A stretch of 64,000 nt of DNA from Anaerolineales bacterium. GTDB taxonomy: Bacteria; Chloroflexota; Anaerolineae; Anaerolineales; E44-bin32. The notes below the pieces were generated by a model. That model was not told where the DNA came from. It saw only the letters and a program-made list of their open reading frames with translations, and did not search any database. The DNA lies in NCBI GenBank assembly GCA_046759305.1, contig JBHIBY010000001.1:4339-68338 (forward strand), given 5' to 3'. The translations under genes were made by a program, and so were the position numbers. Positions within the stretch are counted from its first letter, which is position 1; each line of letters begins with the position of its first letter. Below, piece after piece: positions 1-9,044 of this stretch.

Positions 1-1569
1 TGGGACGCTCTGTCTGGTGAGTGCCAAAGCGGTCGGACTGGATGAACGTTGCAGCGCTGCGAGCCAGGCGTACGCGGTTTCATTGGCGTCACCCGGCCGA
101 ATCACCGTTAGATTGGGGATCGCTCTCAAGCCGGGTAGTTGCTCGATGGGCTGGTGCGTGGGTCCGTCTTCGCCAAGCCCGATCGAATCATGCGTAAACA
201 CATAAATGACCTGCTGACGCATTAAGGCTGCCAACCGAATGGAATGCTTCATGTAGTCGGAGAATATCAGGAACGTCCCTCCGTATGGTATCAAGCCTCC
301 ATAGAGCGCCATGCCGCTCAGCATGCCGCCCATTGCATGTTCGCGCACGCCAAAATGAATGTAGCGGCCTTCCCGATTTTCAAGCGAGAAGGATTCTTCG
401 CCTTGAATGTCAGTCTTGTTCGATCCGGTCAGATCTGCCGAGCCGCCAATCAGCTCTGGCAAGGCTTTTGCCAGGGCGTTCAGCACCTTGCCGGAGGAAG
501 CCCTAGTAGCCATTCCATCGGCATCAAATACAGGCAACTGTGCTTCGATTTCCTGAGGCAGATGCCCTGCCTGCACTCGATCCCAGGTCTCGGCCAATTC
601 TCCGTTCGCAGCGCGATATTCGTTCATCATCTCGAGCCAGGCCCGCCGCTTTTCGCGTCCCTGATCCGCTGCGGAGGCAAAGTGCTCTCCAACATCCTCC
701 GGCACAAGGAACTGTGGTTCTAATGGCCAGCCAAGATTCTCTTTTGCGGCCTCCAGCTCTTCATCTCCCGGTGGCTCGCCATGTGCGGCTGCAGTGTCTT
801 GTTTATTCGGCATTCCGTACCCGATGTGAGTCCTGCAAACAATTAAGGATGGCCTGGGATCCTGCTTTGCAGCAACGATTGCGCGATCGACTTCATCTAG
901 CTTGAGCACGTCTTCGACAAACGATAGGTGCCACCCGTAGGCTTCAAATCGAGCCGCGCGGTTCTCCGTGAAGGTAAGCTCGGTGCTGCCATCGATAGAG
1001 ATGCGGTTGTCGTCATAGAGATAGACGAGGCGTCCTAGCTTTAGATGTCCCGCAAGAGAAGCTGCTTCTGAAGCAATGCCTTCCATTAGATCGCCATCAG
1101 AGACGATGGCATAGACATTGTGGTCAATGATGGGAAAGCCATCGCGATTGTAAGTAGCTGCCATGTGCTCTGCGGCAAGAGCCATACCGGCTCCGTTTGC
1201 AAATCCCTGGCCAAGCGGCCCGGTCGTTGTTTCCACTCCCGGGGCTTCGCCGTATTCGGGGTGGCCGGGTGTCATGCTCCCCCACTGTCGGAATCGTTGA
1301 ATTTCTTTCATCGGCAACTCGTATCCTACGAGATGCAGCATTGAATAGAGCAGCATGGACCCATGTCCGGCCGAGAGCACAAAGCGGTCTCGATTCGGCC
1401 AATTTGGATCTTGAGGGTCGAAATTCATGTGACGCGTCCAAAGGATGTAGGCAAGTGGAGCCACGCCCATCGGTAGTCCAGGGTGTCCAGAATTAGCTTT
1501 CTGTACCGCGTCTGCGGCCAAAAAGCGGATGGTGTTGATAGATCGGTTGGCGAGTTCGGTCTCCGTCAT
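1..1569 (-). CDS. tkt: Transketolase, N-terminal 523 codons (C-terminus runs off the left edge)
   Basis: Absent from the supplied ORF track because it has no stop inside the window. Manual minus-strand translation from the ATG at 1569..1567 is uninterrupted to position 1: [35 protein letters not shown]...[13 protein letters not shown]...[19 protein letters not shown]. These are classic transketolase TPP-binding signatures. Confidence 0.93.
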   Translation of the reverse strand, partial: MTETELANRSINTIRFLAADAVQKANSGHPGLPMGVAPLAYILWTRHMNFDPQDPNWPNRDRFVLSAGHGSMLLYSMLHLVGYELPMKEIQRFRQWGSMTPGHPEYGEAPGVETTTGPLGQGFANGAGMALAAEHMAATYNRDGFPIIDHNVYAIVSDGDLMEGIASEAASLAGHLKLGRLVYLYDDNRISIDGSTELTFTENRAARFEAYGWHLSFVEDVLKLDEVDRAIVAAKQDPRPSLIVCRTHIGYGMPNKQDTAAAHGEPPGDEELEAAKENLGWPLEPQFLVPEDVGEHFASAADQGREKRRAWLEMMNEYRAANGELAETWDRVQAGHLPQEIEAQLPVFDADGMATRASSGKVLNALAKALPELIGGSADLTGSNKTDIQGEESFSLENREGRYIHFGVREHAMGGMLSGMALYGGLIPYGGTFLIFSDYMKHSIRLAALMRQQVIYVFTHDSIGLGEDGPTHQPIEQLPGLRAIPNLTVIRPGDANETAYAWLAALQRSSSPTALALTRQSVP

Positions 1570-1579
1570 TGCACTCTCA

Positions 1580-2257
1580 CTAGGTGGGTTGTTTGTCCCT
1601 CTCTTCTGGTACGGGAAATTCGGTGCTTAGCCAGGATTTGAGATTCTTGAGGCATTGCACCCCAAGCTTGTGGCCAACGTCGGCTTCGCAAAACGTTACG
1701 GGAACCTCTTCTTTTCGAAGACGTTCAGCATCCGAGCGAGCAATGTCAATTGGAATAAAAGTGTCTTTCGTGCCATGACCCCAGTAAACGGGAATGCCGC
1801 GCAATGGTGAGAGGTCGCCCTTTGGAAGGTGACCTGATATGCCAATAATCCCGGCAGGCGGACGTGACATTGGCTTCATCGAAGCCGCGAAAGACATGGC
1901 GGTCCCATTGCTAAAGCCCATGAGAATCATGCGCTCGCTCGCGATATCGAAATTGACTTCTAAATAGTTAAAAAGTTCCTCGATCAGGCCGATCGCCTCA
2001 TCAAATTCTGAAATCGATGGTGGCCACGCTTTGATGGTTGGATTCCATGCATACCCCCCTTGCAGCACCGCATGAGGTGCCCTTGGCGCCACCACCAAAC
2101 CGGATTTGGGAAGAGCCGATTCGAGGCTCCACATCACATTCTCGTCTCCGCTCAGCCCGTGCAGCATCACAATGGGTGGGATTTGATCGTCCTCGGCCAA
2201 TCTCAGGCGGAAGGCAAGGGGCGCCTGATCGGTGCCCACTTCAACGAATCGGCTCAC
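1580..2257 (-). CDS. Alpha/beta hydrolase, phospholipase/carboxylesterase-like
   Basis: 225-aa ORF with a GTG start preceded by AAGG-N7. It has a GFSNG nucleophile elbow, an HG oxyanion motif ([10 protein letters not shown]) and a C-terminal GHK histidine. It ends 10 nt upstream of the tkt start. Confidence 0.75.
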   Translation of the reverse strand: MSRFVEVGTDQAPLAFRLRLAEDDQIPPIVMLHGLSGDENVMWSLESALPKSGLVVAPRAPHAVLQGGYAWNPTIKAWPPSISEFDEAIGLIEELFNYLEVNFDIASERMILMGFSNGTAMSFAASMKPMSRPPAGIIGISGHLPKGDLSPLRGIPVYWGHGTKDTFIPIDIARSDAERLRKEEVPVTFCEADVGHKLGVQCLKNLKSWLSTEFPVPEERDKQPT

Positions 2258-2319
2258 AGCAGAACCTTGGGGATTGATAAAGACGCCCAGTCGGTGCCCG
2301 CCTCAGGGTATCGGCTCAC
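2254..2319 (-). CDS. Mini-ORF (21 codons, [21 protein letters not shown]), paralogous to the esterase N-terminus
   Basis: GTG start at 2319 with AAGG 7 nt upstream. Its TGA stop overlaps the esterase GTG start as GTGA. Translation is unproven. Confidence 0.25.
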   Translation of the reverse strand: MSRYPEAGTDWASLSIPKVLL

Positions 2320-2384
2320 CCGATAACCTTGGAGGGTGGAAGGGGTGTCTTGTCGTGGGATCCTACTTGATCGAATCGGTTCAC
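2316..2384 (-). CDS. Mini-ORF (22 codons, MNRFDQVGSHDKTPLPPSKVIG), paralogous to the esterase N-terminus
   Basis: GTG start at 2384 with AAGG 7 nt upstream. Its TGA stop overlaps the next GTG as GTGA. Translation is unproven. Confidence 0.25.
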   Translation of the reverse strand: MNRFDQVGSHDKTPLPPSKVIG

Positions 2385-2419
2385 AGACTAACCTTTGGGG
2401 TCGGAGAAATTTCGTTCAT
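2381..2419 (-). CDS. Mini-ORF (12 codons, MNEISPTPKVSL)
   Basis: ATG at 2419. The TGA stop overlaps the GTG at 2384 (GTGA). It shares the C-terminal PKV-x-L ending with the other mini-ORFs because it ends inside the repeat unit. Confidence 0.2.
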   Translation of the reverse strand: MNEISPTPKVSL

Positions 2420-2435
2420 CCAAGCCAGTCGAGGA

Positions 2436-2774
2436 TCAATCGGTGTCACCAAGTAAGCGCGCTACGATCAGTTCGGCATCCTTTAGCGGATCTTCCGAGT
2501 GCGGAAGCTCGTGATCCTCGCTAACCTGTTCGGTTAGACGCCCAGCCGCGGATCGTAGTTCTTGCGAGACCTCTGTGTTGCTCTCCAGCCAACGAAGGTG
2601 CGAATAAGCACCTCGACTGCGGCTTTTTGGATAGCTGGTGGCGATGGCCCACCCGGCTGCGCGCCGAGCACACACTCGAGCGCGGCCCTCTTTTCCGTGT
2701 TCCCTTGCAGCCCGAGCGTAGGCAAGCTCGGCCTCGATTCGTGCTCTGGAATCTACCGGCTTTGATGCTACCAC
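2436..2774 (-). CDS. Hypothetical protein, all-helical (possibly a HEPN-like bundle)
   Basis: 112-aa ORF in the track. I recognise no diagnostic motif, and the start codon is uncertain. Confidence 0.4.
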   Translation of the reverse strand: MVASKPVDSRARIEAELAYARAAREHGKEGRARVCARRAAGWAIATSYPKSRSRGAYSHLRWLESNTEVSQELRSAAGRLTEQVSEDHELPHSEDPLKDAELIVARLLGDTD

Positions 2775-2877
2775 AGGGCAGAGTTTCGGTTCCTCGGCTG
2801 ATCCAAACGCATGCGAGGCGAGCCACTTGCCCGCCTCGCGGTTGTCCGCTTTTTGCTATGCCAATTTCATCAATTGC

Positions 2878-3540
2878 TCAGAAAGTAATTCCCACACTCC
2901 CGCGCGCAATATGATCCAAAAATTCCTTGCGGGTCACTTCGTTGTTGGAAAAGGTCCCGCAGAGCGCGCTCGTTACCATACGGGCATTGGCCTTCTTCAC
3001 CCCGCGCATCATCGAACAAAGGTGAAGTCCATCGATCACAACTGCGACTCCATGTGGATGTAACGCAGTTTCCAGAAAGTCTGAGATTTGGCGCGTCATG
3101 CGCTCCTGCACCTGCAAGCGTCTGGCAAATAGATCCACAACCCGCGGAATCTTTGAGAGCCCGATGACTTTGCCTTTAGGCAGATATGCCACGTGGGCCT
3201 TCCCGATGAAGGGAAGCATGTGATGTTCACACATGCTGTAAAACTCGATATCCCTCACCAGCACCATCTCATCATAATCAACATCGAAGATGGCATCGTT
3301 GATCATCTTGTCAGGATCTACACGGTAGCCGGCGAGCAGTTCGTCATACATGCGCGCTACTCGCTCGGGGGTGCGTTGCAGACCTTCCCGACCTATATCT
3401 TCTCCTACAGCTCCAAGGAGCTCGCGCACCGCGTCTTCAATTTCAGGTCGCGTGACTCCCACGCCACCAAAGAGCTCAGCAGCGGCTTCGATCTCCTTCT
3501 TATGTTCAAGGGTATTTAGATGATCGCGTATTTCCGTCAT
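2878..3540 (-). CDS. folE: GTP cyclohydrolase I
   Basis: Has the CEHHMLPF zinc/active-site motif and [14 protein letters not shown] prefer the ATG at 3540, which is preceded by GGAGGATAGC, over the track's TTG at 3552, which lies inside that SD. Confidence 0.93.
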   Translation of the reverse strand: MTEIRDHLNTLEHKKEIEAAAELFGGVGVTRPEIEDAVRELLGAVGEDIGREGLQRTPERVARMYDELLAGYRVDPDKMINDAIFDVDYDEMVLVRDIEFYSMCEHHMLPFIGKAHVAYLPKGKVIGLSKIPRVVDLFARRLQVQERMTRQISDFLETALHPHGVAVVIDGLHLCSMMRGVKKANARMVTSALCGTFSNNEVTRKEFLDHIARGSVGITF

Positions 3541-3722
3541 GCTATCCTCCAAGATAGTTAGACGCCGTCATGATGTCGGAGCTTACCATAATTCGGTCCG
3601 CACCCAGGGCATCAGCATCGACTGCTCGGTACCGAATAATCTTATCGACAACTTTGAACCTTAGGTATCACAAACAATCGTTTTATGTCGGGCCGCTGTC
3701 ATGCCCGAAGTAGAATACCAAT

Positions 3723-4457
3723 ATGCCTGCGAAATTCAACTTGAAGGGGCATTCCGCGATCGTAACCGGCGCCGGCCGCAGGCTGGGTCGGGCTTTTGCA
3801 GAAGCTCTCGCTAAAAATGGCGCCAACGTTGTGGTGCACTATGGTAGTTCGGCGGAAGAGGCCGAGGAGGTCGTGCGAGGCTTATTGGAACACGGTGTAC
3901 GGGCCACCGAAGTTCAAGCGGATCTCGCTGATCCAGCTGAGGCCATTGAGCTCGTAGGCCGCGCCACAGAAGCCATTGGCGAAGTAGATTTACTGGTCAA
4001 TAATGCGGCAACCTTTGGCCCCGTTGAAGCTCTAGATACCAGCATCGAAGATTGGCAATTGCATCTGAATGTGAATCTAACCGCGCCTTTTTTGATTGCA
4101 CAGCAATTCGCCCGATCTCGGCAAGGTGCGCGAGGTTCAATCGTAAACCTGCTCGATTGGCGCGCATTGCGTCCAGGAGCAGATCACTTCCCCTACACCA
4201 TCAGCAAGGCCGCGCTGGCGGCGCTCACCCGTGGTCTGGCAGTTTCGCTAGCTCCACATATTCGCGTGAACGGACTGGCACTTGGAGCAATCTTGCCTCC
4301 CTCGGATGGCGGTACTGATGACCCGTTGGAGGGGGTGCCTTCTAGGCGGTGGGGGACAGTCGAAGAAGCCATTGAGGCGCTCTTGTTTTTGCTTGCTGGA
4401 CCCGAATACGTGACGGGAGAAATTTTGCATGTCGATGGGGGTCGGCATCTAACTTGA
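3723..4457 (+). CDS. Short-chain dehydrogenase/reductase, pteridine reductase / FolM-like
   Basis: The cofactor motif VTGAGRRLG fits the TGxxxRxG signature of the PTR1/FolM subgroup rather than the canonical TGxxxGxG. It has the YxxxK catalytic pair (YTISK). It lies directly upstream of folB-folK and divergent from folE. Confidence 0.7.
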   Translation: MPAKFNLKGHSAIVTGAGRRLGRAFAEALAKNGANVVVHYGSSAEEAEEVVRGLLEHGVRATEVQADLADPAEAIELVGRATEAIGEVDLLVNNAATFGPVEALDTSIEDWQLHLNVNLTAPFLIAQQFARSRQGARGSIVNLLDWRALRPGADHFPYTISKAALAALTRGLAVSLAPHIRVNGLALGAILPPSDGGTDDPLEGVPSRRWGTVEEAIEALLFLLAGPEYVTGEILHVDGGRHLT

Positions 4458-4510
4458 TCATTCAACAGTCGTAAAATACATTCAACATTTTGAAGAATCG
4501 AGGCTAGTCT

Positions 4511-4870
4511 ATGCCCGAGGACCGCATTCTGATTAAGGATCTGCTGCTGCGGGGCATCATCGGCATCAACGATTGGGAACGCGAAGCAGAACAAGATATC
4601 CTGATAAACATATCGCTAACCACAGATCTCGCAGAGGCTGGCAAAACCGACTCGATCGAACGTTCAGTCAACTATCGGACGATCACCAAACAGATCATCC
4701 ATCACGTGGAAGAAAGCCAGCGATTCACCGTCGAAGCCCTGGCGGCAGATATTGCCAGGATTTGTCTCTCCTATGAGGACGTCACGCACGCCAAGGTTCG
4801 AGTGGAAAAGCCGGGCGCGCTTCGATTCGCGCGCTCCGTTGGAGTCGAGATTGAGCGATCAGCCGGTTGA
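4511..4870 (+). CDS. folB: Dihydroneopterin aldolase
   Basis: 119 aa with a typical N-terminus (ILIKDLLLRGIIGINDWERE) and a typical size. It is followed by folK with an overlap. Confidence 0.85.
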   Translation: MPEDRILIKDLLLRGIIGINDWEREAEQDILINISLTTDLAEAGKTDSIERSVNYRTITKQIIHHVEESQRFTVEALAADIARICLSYEDVTHAKVRVEKPGALRFARSVGVEIERSAG

Positions 4871-5369
4871 ATTAGCCTTTGTCGCCGTTGGATCCAATAT
4901 CTCGCCAGAGGTTCACCTTCCGGCATCGATTGAGCATCTTCACTCCCTGGGTCAGGTGAAGGCAATTTCCAATGCATACAAGAGCAATCCGGTGGGCGGC
5001 AGAAACCAACCCGATTTCCTGAATGCCGCCGTACTTATCGGTGCTACGGAAGAGCCTGCACCCATTCGAGATCATCTGCGGGAAATTGAAAGCGCACTGG
5101 GAAGGGTACGAACCGAAGATAGATACGCTTCCAGAACGATAGATTTGGATCTCGTTATGTACGGGGATCGGGTGGATCCAGAGTTTCCTTTGCCTGATCC
5201 TGAAATCCTGACCCGGGATTTTGTGGCGGTCCCTTTGGCCGAACTTGCGCCAGATTTCTGCCATCCGATCACGGGCGAAGCCCTCGGAGCCATCGCAGCC
5301 CGGCTTAGAAGTAGTGAGCTCCGGCAAGTCGCAAAGCTATCTCAGCGCCTGCTGGATCTCCTGACATAG
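4851..5369 (+). CDS. folK: 6-hydroxymethyl-7,8-dihydropterin pyrophosphokinase (HPPK)
   Basis: Contains AFVAVGSNISP, FLNAAV and RTIDLDLVMYG. I chose the TTG at 4851. The track's start at 4752 would overlap folB by about 120 nt in another frame. Confidence 0.82.
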   Translation: MSDQPVELAFVAVGSNISPEVHLPASIEHLHSLGQVKAISNAYKSNPVGGRNQPDFLNAAVLIGATEEPAPIRDHLREIESALGRVRTEDRYASRTIDLDLVMYGDRVDPEFPLPDPEILTRDFVAVPLAELAPDFCHPITGEALGAIAARLRSSELRQVAKLSQRLLDLLT

Positions 5370-5516
5370 GCAGGGAAAGCTGATAACGGCAAATCGCGTG
5401 AGTCCATGCGCATTTTGTGATGTTGTGTCGCCCGCATAAGCCGGATCTGTATTCGCAGCCCGGGCAGCAAGCTTGAGAATTCCGTGTAGAGCGAACCCAG
5501 GTACGCAATCCGAGAC

Positions 5517-6905
5517 ATGCAAATGAATTCGCAATCCGCTGAAGTCGTCATTTGTGGCGCTGGGATAGCCGGGATTTCGACTGCCTATCACTTGACAGTT
5601 GAAAAGGGCGTCGAGGACGTGATCGTTGTGGACGAGCGGCCTCCCCTTTCACTTACGAGCGACAAGTCTACGGAGTGCTATCGCAATTGGTGGCCAGGGC
5701 CGGGTGACGCGATGGTTGCGCTCATGAATCGCAGCATCGACATCCTTGAAGACCTCTCGGATAAACACGGCGACCCCTTTAATCTCAACCGGCGCGGCTA
5801 TTTGTTTGCCACAGCAAGTGCGGATCGGATCGAGGATTTCAAAGCACAGGGCCAGGAAGCTGCATCCCTTGGAGCGGGCCCCCTCCGCCTTCACGATGGT
5901 ACTTCGTCCGCACCCGCCTACCACCCGGCTCCGGCTTCCGGCTTCAAGGATCAACCAACTGGATCCGATCTCATCACGGATCGCGCGCTGATTGGTGAAC
6001 TCTTTCCCTACTTAACGGAAGAAACGCTCGGGGTGCTACATGCTCGGCGAGCCGGCTGGTTCGACGGTCAGCAGTTGGGTCGGCTTCTGCTAGAGCAGGC
6101 TCGTTTCAATGGAGCGCGGCTCATTGAAGGTCGCGCAACAGGGATAGACACGGAGGGTGGACGAGTGAACGCGGTCGACGTTGACACCGCAGATGGACCA
6201 CTTAAGATCAACACCCACCATTTCGTCAATGCTGCCGGGCCGTTTCTGAAGGAGGTCGGCGCGTTTGTCGGTGTCGACCTGCCAGTATTCGCCGAGCTCC
6301 ATGCTAAGGTGGCTATTCAGGATCGACTGGGTGTATTCCCGCGCGAAGCGCCGATGCTAATCTGGACCGATCCTCAGCATTTACCTTGGCGGCAGGAGGA
6401 GCGGGAGGCGCTCCTCGACGATCCGGACGCACAATTTCTGCTTGAAGAATTTCCGCAGGGCGCACACGGACGCCCAGAAGGTCCGTCCGACAGTCCGATC
6501 ATCCTTCTCGTTTGGACCTACGAGACTCAACAGCTTGAGCCGACATTTCCATTGAGATTCGACCCCAACTACCCCGAAATTGCTATGCGAGGTATCGCAA
6601 CTCTCTTGCCGGCCATGGGCGAATATTTCGACTCACCACCGCGACCGATTGTTGACGGCGGCTACTATTTGAAGACTGAGGAAAACCGGCCATTGATTGG
6701 CTCAATCGGAGTTGAAGGTGCCTGGATCATTGGGGCACTCTCAGGTTTCGGTTTGATGGCCTCGCCCGCGGCTGGAGAGCTTCTTGCCAGCCATATTGTT
6801 GGGGAAAAGCCGCCGGAATTTGGGCGTTGGTTCTATCTAGATCGTTATGTCGATCCGGAGTATAAGGCGCTGCTCGCGGATTGGGGATTCAGCGGGCAAC
6901 TCTAG
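5517..6905 (+). CDS. FAD-dependent oxidoreductase (DAO / glycine-D-amino-acid oxidase superfamily)
   Basis: N-terminal Rossmann dinucleotide motif VVICGAGIAGISTAYHL. 462 aa. Confidence 0.8.
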   Translation: MQMNSQSAEVVICGAGIAGISTAYHLTVEKGVEDVIVVDERPPLSLTSDKSTECYRNWWPGPGDAMVALMNRSIDILEDLSDKHGDPFNLNRRGYLFATASADRIEDFKAQGQEAASLGAGPLRLHDGTSSAPAYHPAPASGFKDQPTGSDLITDRALIGELFPYLTEETLGVLHARRAGWFDGQQLGRLLLEQARFNGARLIEGRATGIDTEGGRVNAVDVDTADGPLKINTHHFVNAAGPFLKEVGAFVGVDLPVFAELHAKVAIQDRLGVFPREAPMLIWTDPQHLPWRQEEREALLDDPDAQFLLEEFPQGAHGRPEGPSDSPIILLVWTYETQQLEPTFPLRFDPNYPEIAMRGIATLLPAMGEYFDSPPRPIVDGGYYLKTEENRPLIGSIGVEGAWIIGALSGFGLMASPAAGELLASHIVGEKPPEFGRWFYLDRYVDPEYKALLADWGFSGQL

Positions 6906-7021
6906 CTACGTACCCTTCGCCACCGGGCCAACCACCGTGACAAACAGAGCGACAACCCTCGGAGCACGGCAATCGAACACATGATTTGATAAATCAGGAG
7001 CCCTAGGGTCAGAGCCGAAGC

Positions 7022-7909
7022 TCAGAGCAAATCGGCTTCAACCAAGGTACGTTCGAGAATGGCGTGCTCTTCGCTAGTGATCGCCTGAAGCGGCGCCCGC
7101 ACCGGGCCGCCGTAGTAGCCTACGAGATCAAGAGCCGCCTTTAATCCGGCGATTCCAAACTTGGATGTAGTGACTTCATTCGGTCTGACGAGTCTCGCCT
7201 GAATATCTCGCGCCGAATCTAGGTCCCCAGATTCGAAGGCCACAATGAGAGAGTTAATTTGCTCGGCCGCCAGACAACCCAATGCGGGAACGACTCCAAC
7301 CGCCCCCACAACGAGCGCAGCGAGGAAAAAGCTCGCCGAGCCCGAAAGCACTTGAAAATCATTCGGGGTTCCACTCACCATTTTGTCGATCTTGGCAATG
7401 CTTCCGCCACTCTCTTTGATCCCGATGATGTTGTCGTGAGTCGCCAGGCGCTGCACGACGGATACGGGCAAATCGAGGCCGGTGTAAACAGGCACGTTGT
7501 ACAGAATAACCGGAAGTTCAGAGGCGTCAGCGACTCTGCGATAGTGAGCCAGGAGTGCAGCACTATCGAGACGCGGTCCGTAATAGCTAGGCGTCACCAC
7601 GATCACTGCATCCGCGCCTTCTTGCATCATGCCCGCTGCAATTGCATTCGTCTGCCTCGTCGATTCAGCCCCGGCTCCCGCGATCAGTAATCGGTCCTGC
7701 GGGATCGCCGCTCGGGTTGCGGCCACCAGCTCGAATCGCTCCTCGTAGCTCAATGCCACCGCCTCGCCATTGGAACCGGCCACGACATATCCTGCAAGTG
7801 GCTGATCGTTCCAGCGTGCGAGGTTTGCGTTCAGATTGTCGAAATCGAGAGATTCGTCGCTCTTAAAGGGTGTCGGGATGGGAGGAAAAATGCCGCGCAG
7901 GGAGAGCAT
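7022..7909 (-). CDS. DapA/NAL-family class I aldolase (dihydrodipicolinate synthase family)
   Basis: Has GSNGEAVALSYEER, a tyrosine-bearing YNVP motif and the Schiff-base lysine context IIGIKESGG. Confidence 0.8.
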   Translation of the reverse strand: MLSLRGIFPPIPTPFKSDESLDFDNLNANLARWNDQPLAGYVVAGSNGEAVALSYEERFELVAATRAAIPQDRLLIAGAGAESTRQTNAIAAGMMQEGADAVIVVTPSYYGPRLDSAALLAHYRRVADASELPVILYNVPVYTGLDLPVSVVQRLATHDNIIGIKESGGSIAKIDKMVSGTPNDFQVLSGSASFFLAALVVGAVGVVPALGCLAAEQINSLIVAFESGDLDSARDIQARLVRPNEVTTSKFGIAGLKAALDLVGYYGGPVRAPLQAITSEEHAILERTLVEADLL

Positions 7910-7914
7910 GAGAG

Positions 7915-8304
7915 CTATTGATTGAAGGATTCAACGGCCTTTGAAATAGCAGACCGTATGCGCTCATCCGGAATCAGATCGAGATCAGAATAACTCTGGT
8001 CATTGATCCATATCACCAAGCCTTCGTTGGGGCCGGTCGCAAAGTCGAGCTTCACATCGGCAAGATCAGGATGAGAAGCGAGACTCTGTTTCACCATTTC
8101 TTCTATTTGCTCGCTAACCAGCGAGGCTGGCTGCTCATCTGCCTCGTATCTAGCCTGTTTGACCGCGTCCAGCGACTCCGGTGGAAGCTCGCCTTGCTCG
8201 ACTTCTGCGGTTCTCCTACGAATAAGTACGGCCCAGACGATAAGCAGGAGCACGATCCCAATAAGCAAGCCTGCGAGTATGCCAACTACACTAGACATAT
8301 CCAT
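7915..8304 (-). CDS. Single-pass membrane-anchored hypothetical protein
   Basis: N-terminal hydrophobic helix VVGILAGLLIGIVLLLIVWAVLI, followed by RRR and an acidic soluble domain. It lies 5 nt upstream of the DapA-family gene. Confidence 0.55.
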   Translation of the reverse strand: MDMSSVVGILAGLLIGIVLLLIVWAVLIRRRTAEVEQGELPPESLDAVKQARYEADEQPASLVSEQIEEMVKQSLASHPDLADVKLDFATGPNEGLVIWINDQSYSDLDLIPDERIRSAISKAVESFNQ

Positions 8305-8328
8305 GTTCCGCCCCTTTCGACCCGATCT

Positions 8329-8961
8329 CTATACTCCGACCAAGATAGCGCGGGCAGGCGCGCCATCGCTCCCCATGAGCTTGATCGGCAAGCAGTAGAG
8401 CGTGTACCTACCCTTCGAAACCTTCGACAGGTTCAGACCTTCAACGACCACTATTCCGGCTTCGAGCAGTATGCGGTGAGTTTCGGCAGCCGCTCGAAAA
8501 GGAGCTACGGAAAGATAATCCACCCCGACCAATTTAACCCCCTTTTTGACCAACCATTCCGCGCCAGTTGCGTCTACCGCAACGTAGTCGCGTTGGAACT
8601 TGCTCTCTCCATTAGCCCAGTGTTGGGAGTTTCGAGTTTTGAATAGAAGGCGCCTTGTTCGAGGGGGAATGCGAGCCGAATCCATAGTGTCGGCATCGAG
8701 CAGGTCGGCCTTTCTGAGATCCACGACATAGGCCCGACCAATGAGCGAATTCAGAGGGATGGCATCGACGCTTCGGCCACCTTCGACAAAGTGCAGAGGA
8801 GCATCTATGTGAGTGCCCACATGGACGCCAGACCGGAGCTGGGAAACATTGGCTTCCTCTCCAGCCTCGATGGACCTGATCCGTTCCAGCTTCACCGGCG
8901 GATCCCCGGGCCATACCGGAATATCGGGAGTTACGCCAACGGAGATGTCATACATCCGCAT
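8329..8961 (-). CDS. Cyclase-family protein / kynurenine (aryl)formamidase-like
   Basis: Has the HxGTHxDxPxH metal motif (HVGTHIDAPLHF). Confidence 0.8.
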   Translation of the reverse strand: MRMYDISVGVTPDIPVWPGDPPVKLERIRSIEAGEEANVSQLRSGVHVGTHIDAPLHFVEGGRSVDAIPLNSLIGRAYVVDLRKADLLDADTMDSARIPPRTRRLLFKTRNSQHWANGESKFQRDYVAVDATGAEWLVKKGVKLVGVDYLSVAPFRAAAETHRILLEAGIVVVEGLNLSKVSKGRYTLYCLPIKLMGSDGAPARAILVGV

Positions 8962-9044
8962 GCGCGGATTATAGATTCGAACCTGACATAAAGCGAAAAC
9001 ACTTCGTAATATGCGGGGCTATAATCAGCGGGTTAGGAGGGCCA

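Larger units (their letters stand above)
2233..2400 (-). repeat. Three imperfect tandem copies (period 62 and 65 bp) of the esterase translation-initiation module
   Basis: Minus-strand units are CCCCAAGGTTCTGCTGTGAGCCGATTCGTTGAAGTGGGCACC, CCTCCAAGGTTATCGGGTGAGCCGATACCCTGAGGCGGGCACC and CCCCAAAGGTTAGTCTGTGAACCGATTCGATCAAGTAGGATCC. Each unit carries AAGG-N7-GTG. Confidence 0.8.

Noticed and set aside
244-905. Plus-strand ORFs of 159 and 121 aa at the left edge
   Set aside because: They are antisense to the clear transketolase frame. They have Arg/Ser/Pro-rich low-information composition typical of GC-rich antisense frames.
3553-3722. Possible THF or other riboswitch in the folE / SDR divergent region
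   Set aside because: I could not see any conserved riboswitch core. The only structure is a short TCGGGC/GCCCGA stem near the SDR start, which is insufficient evidence.
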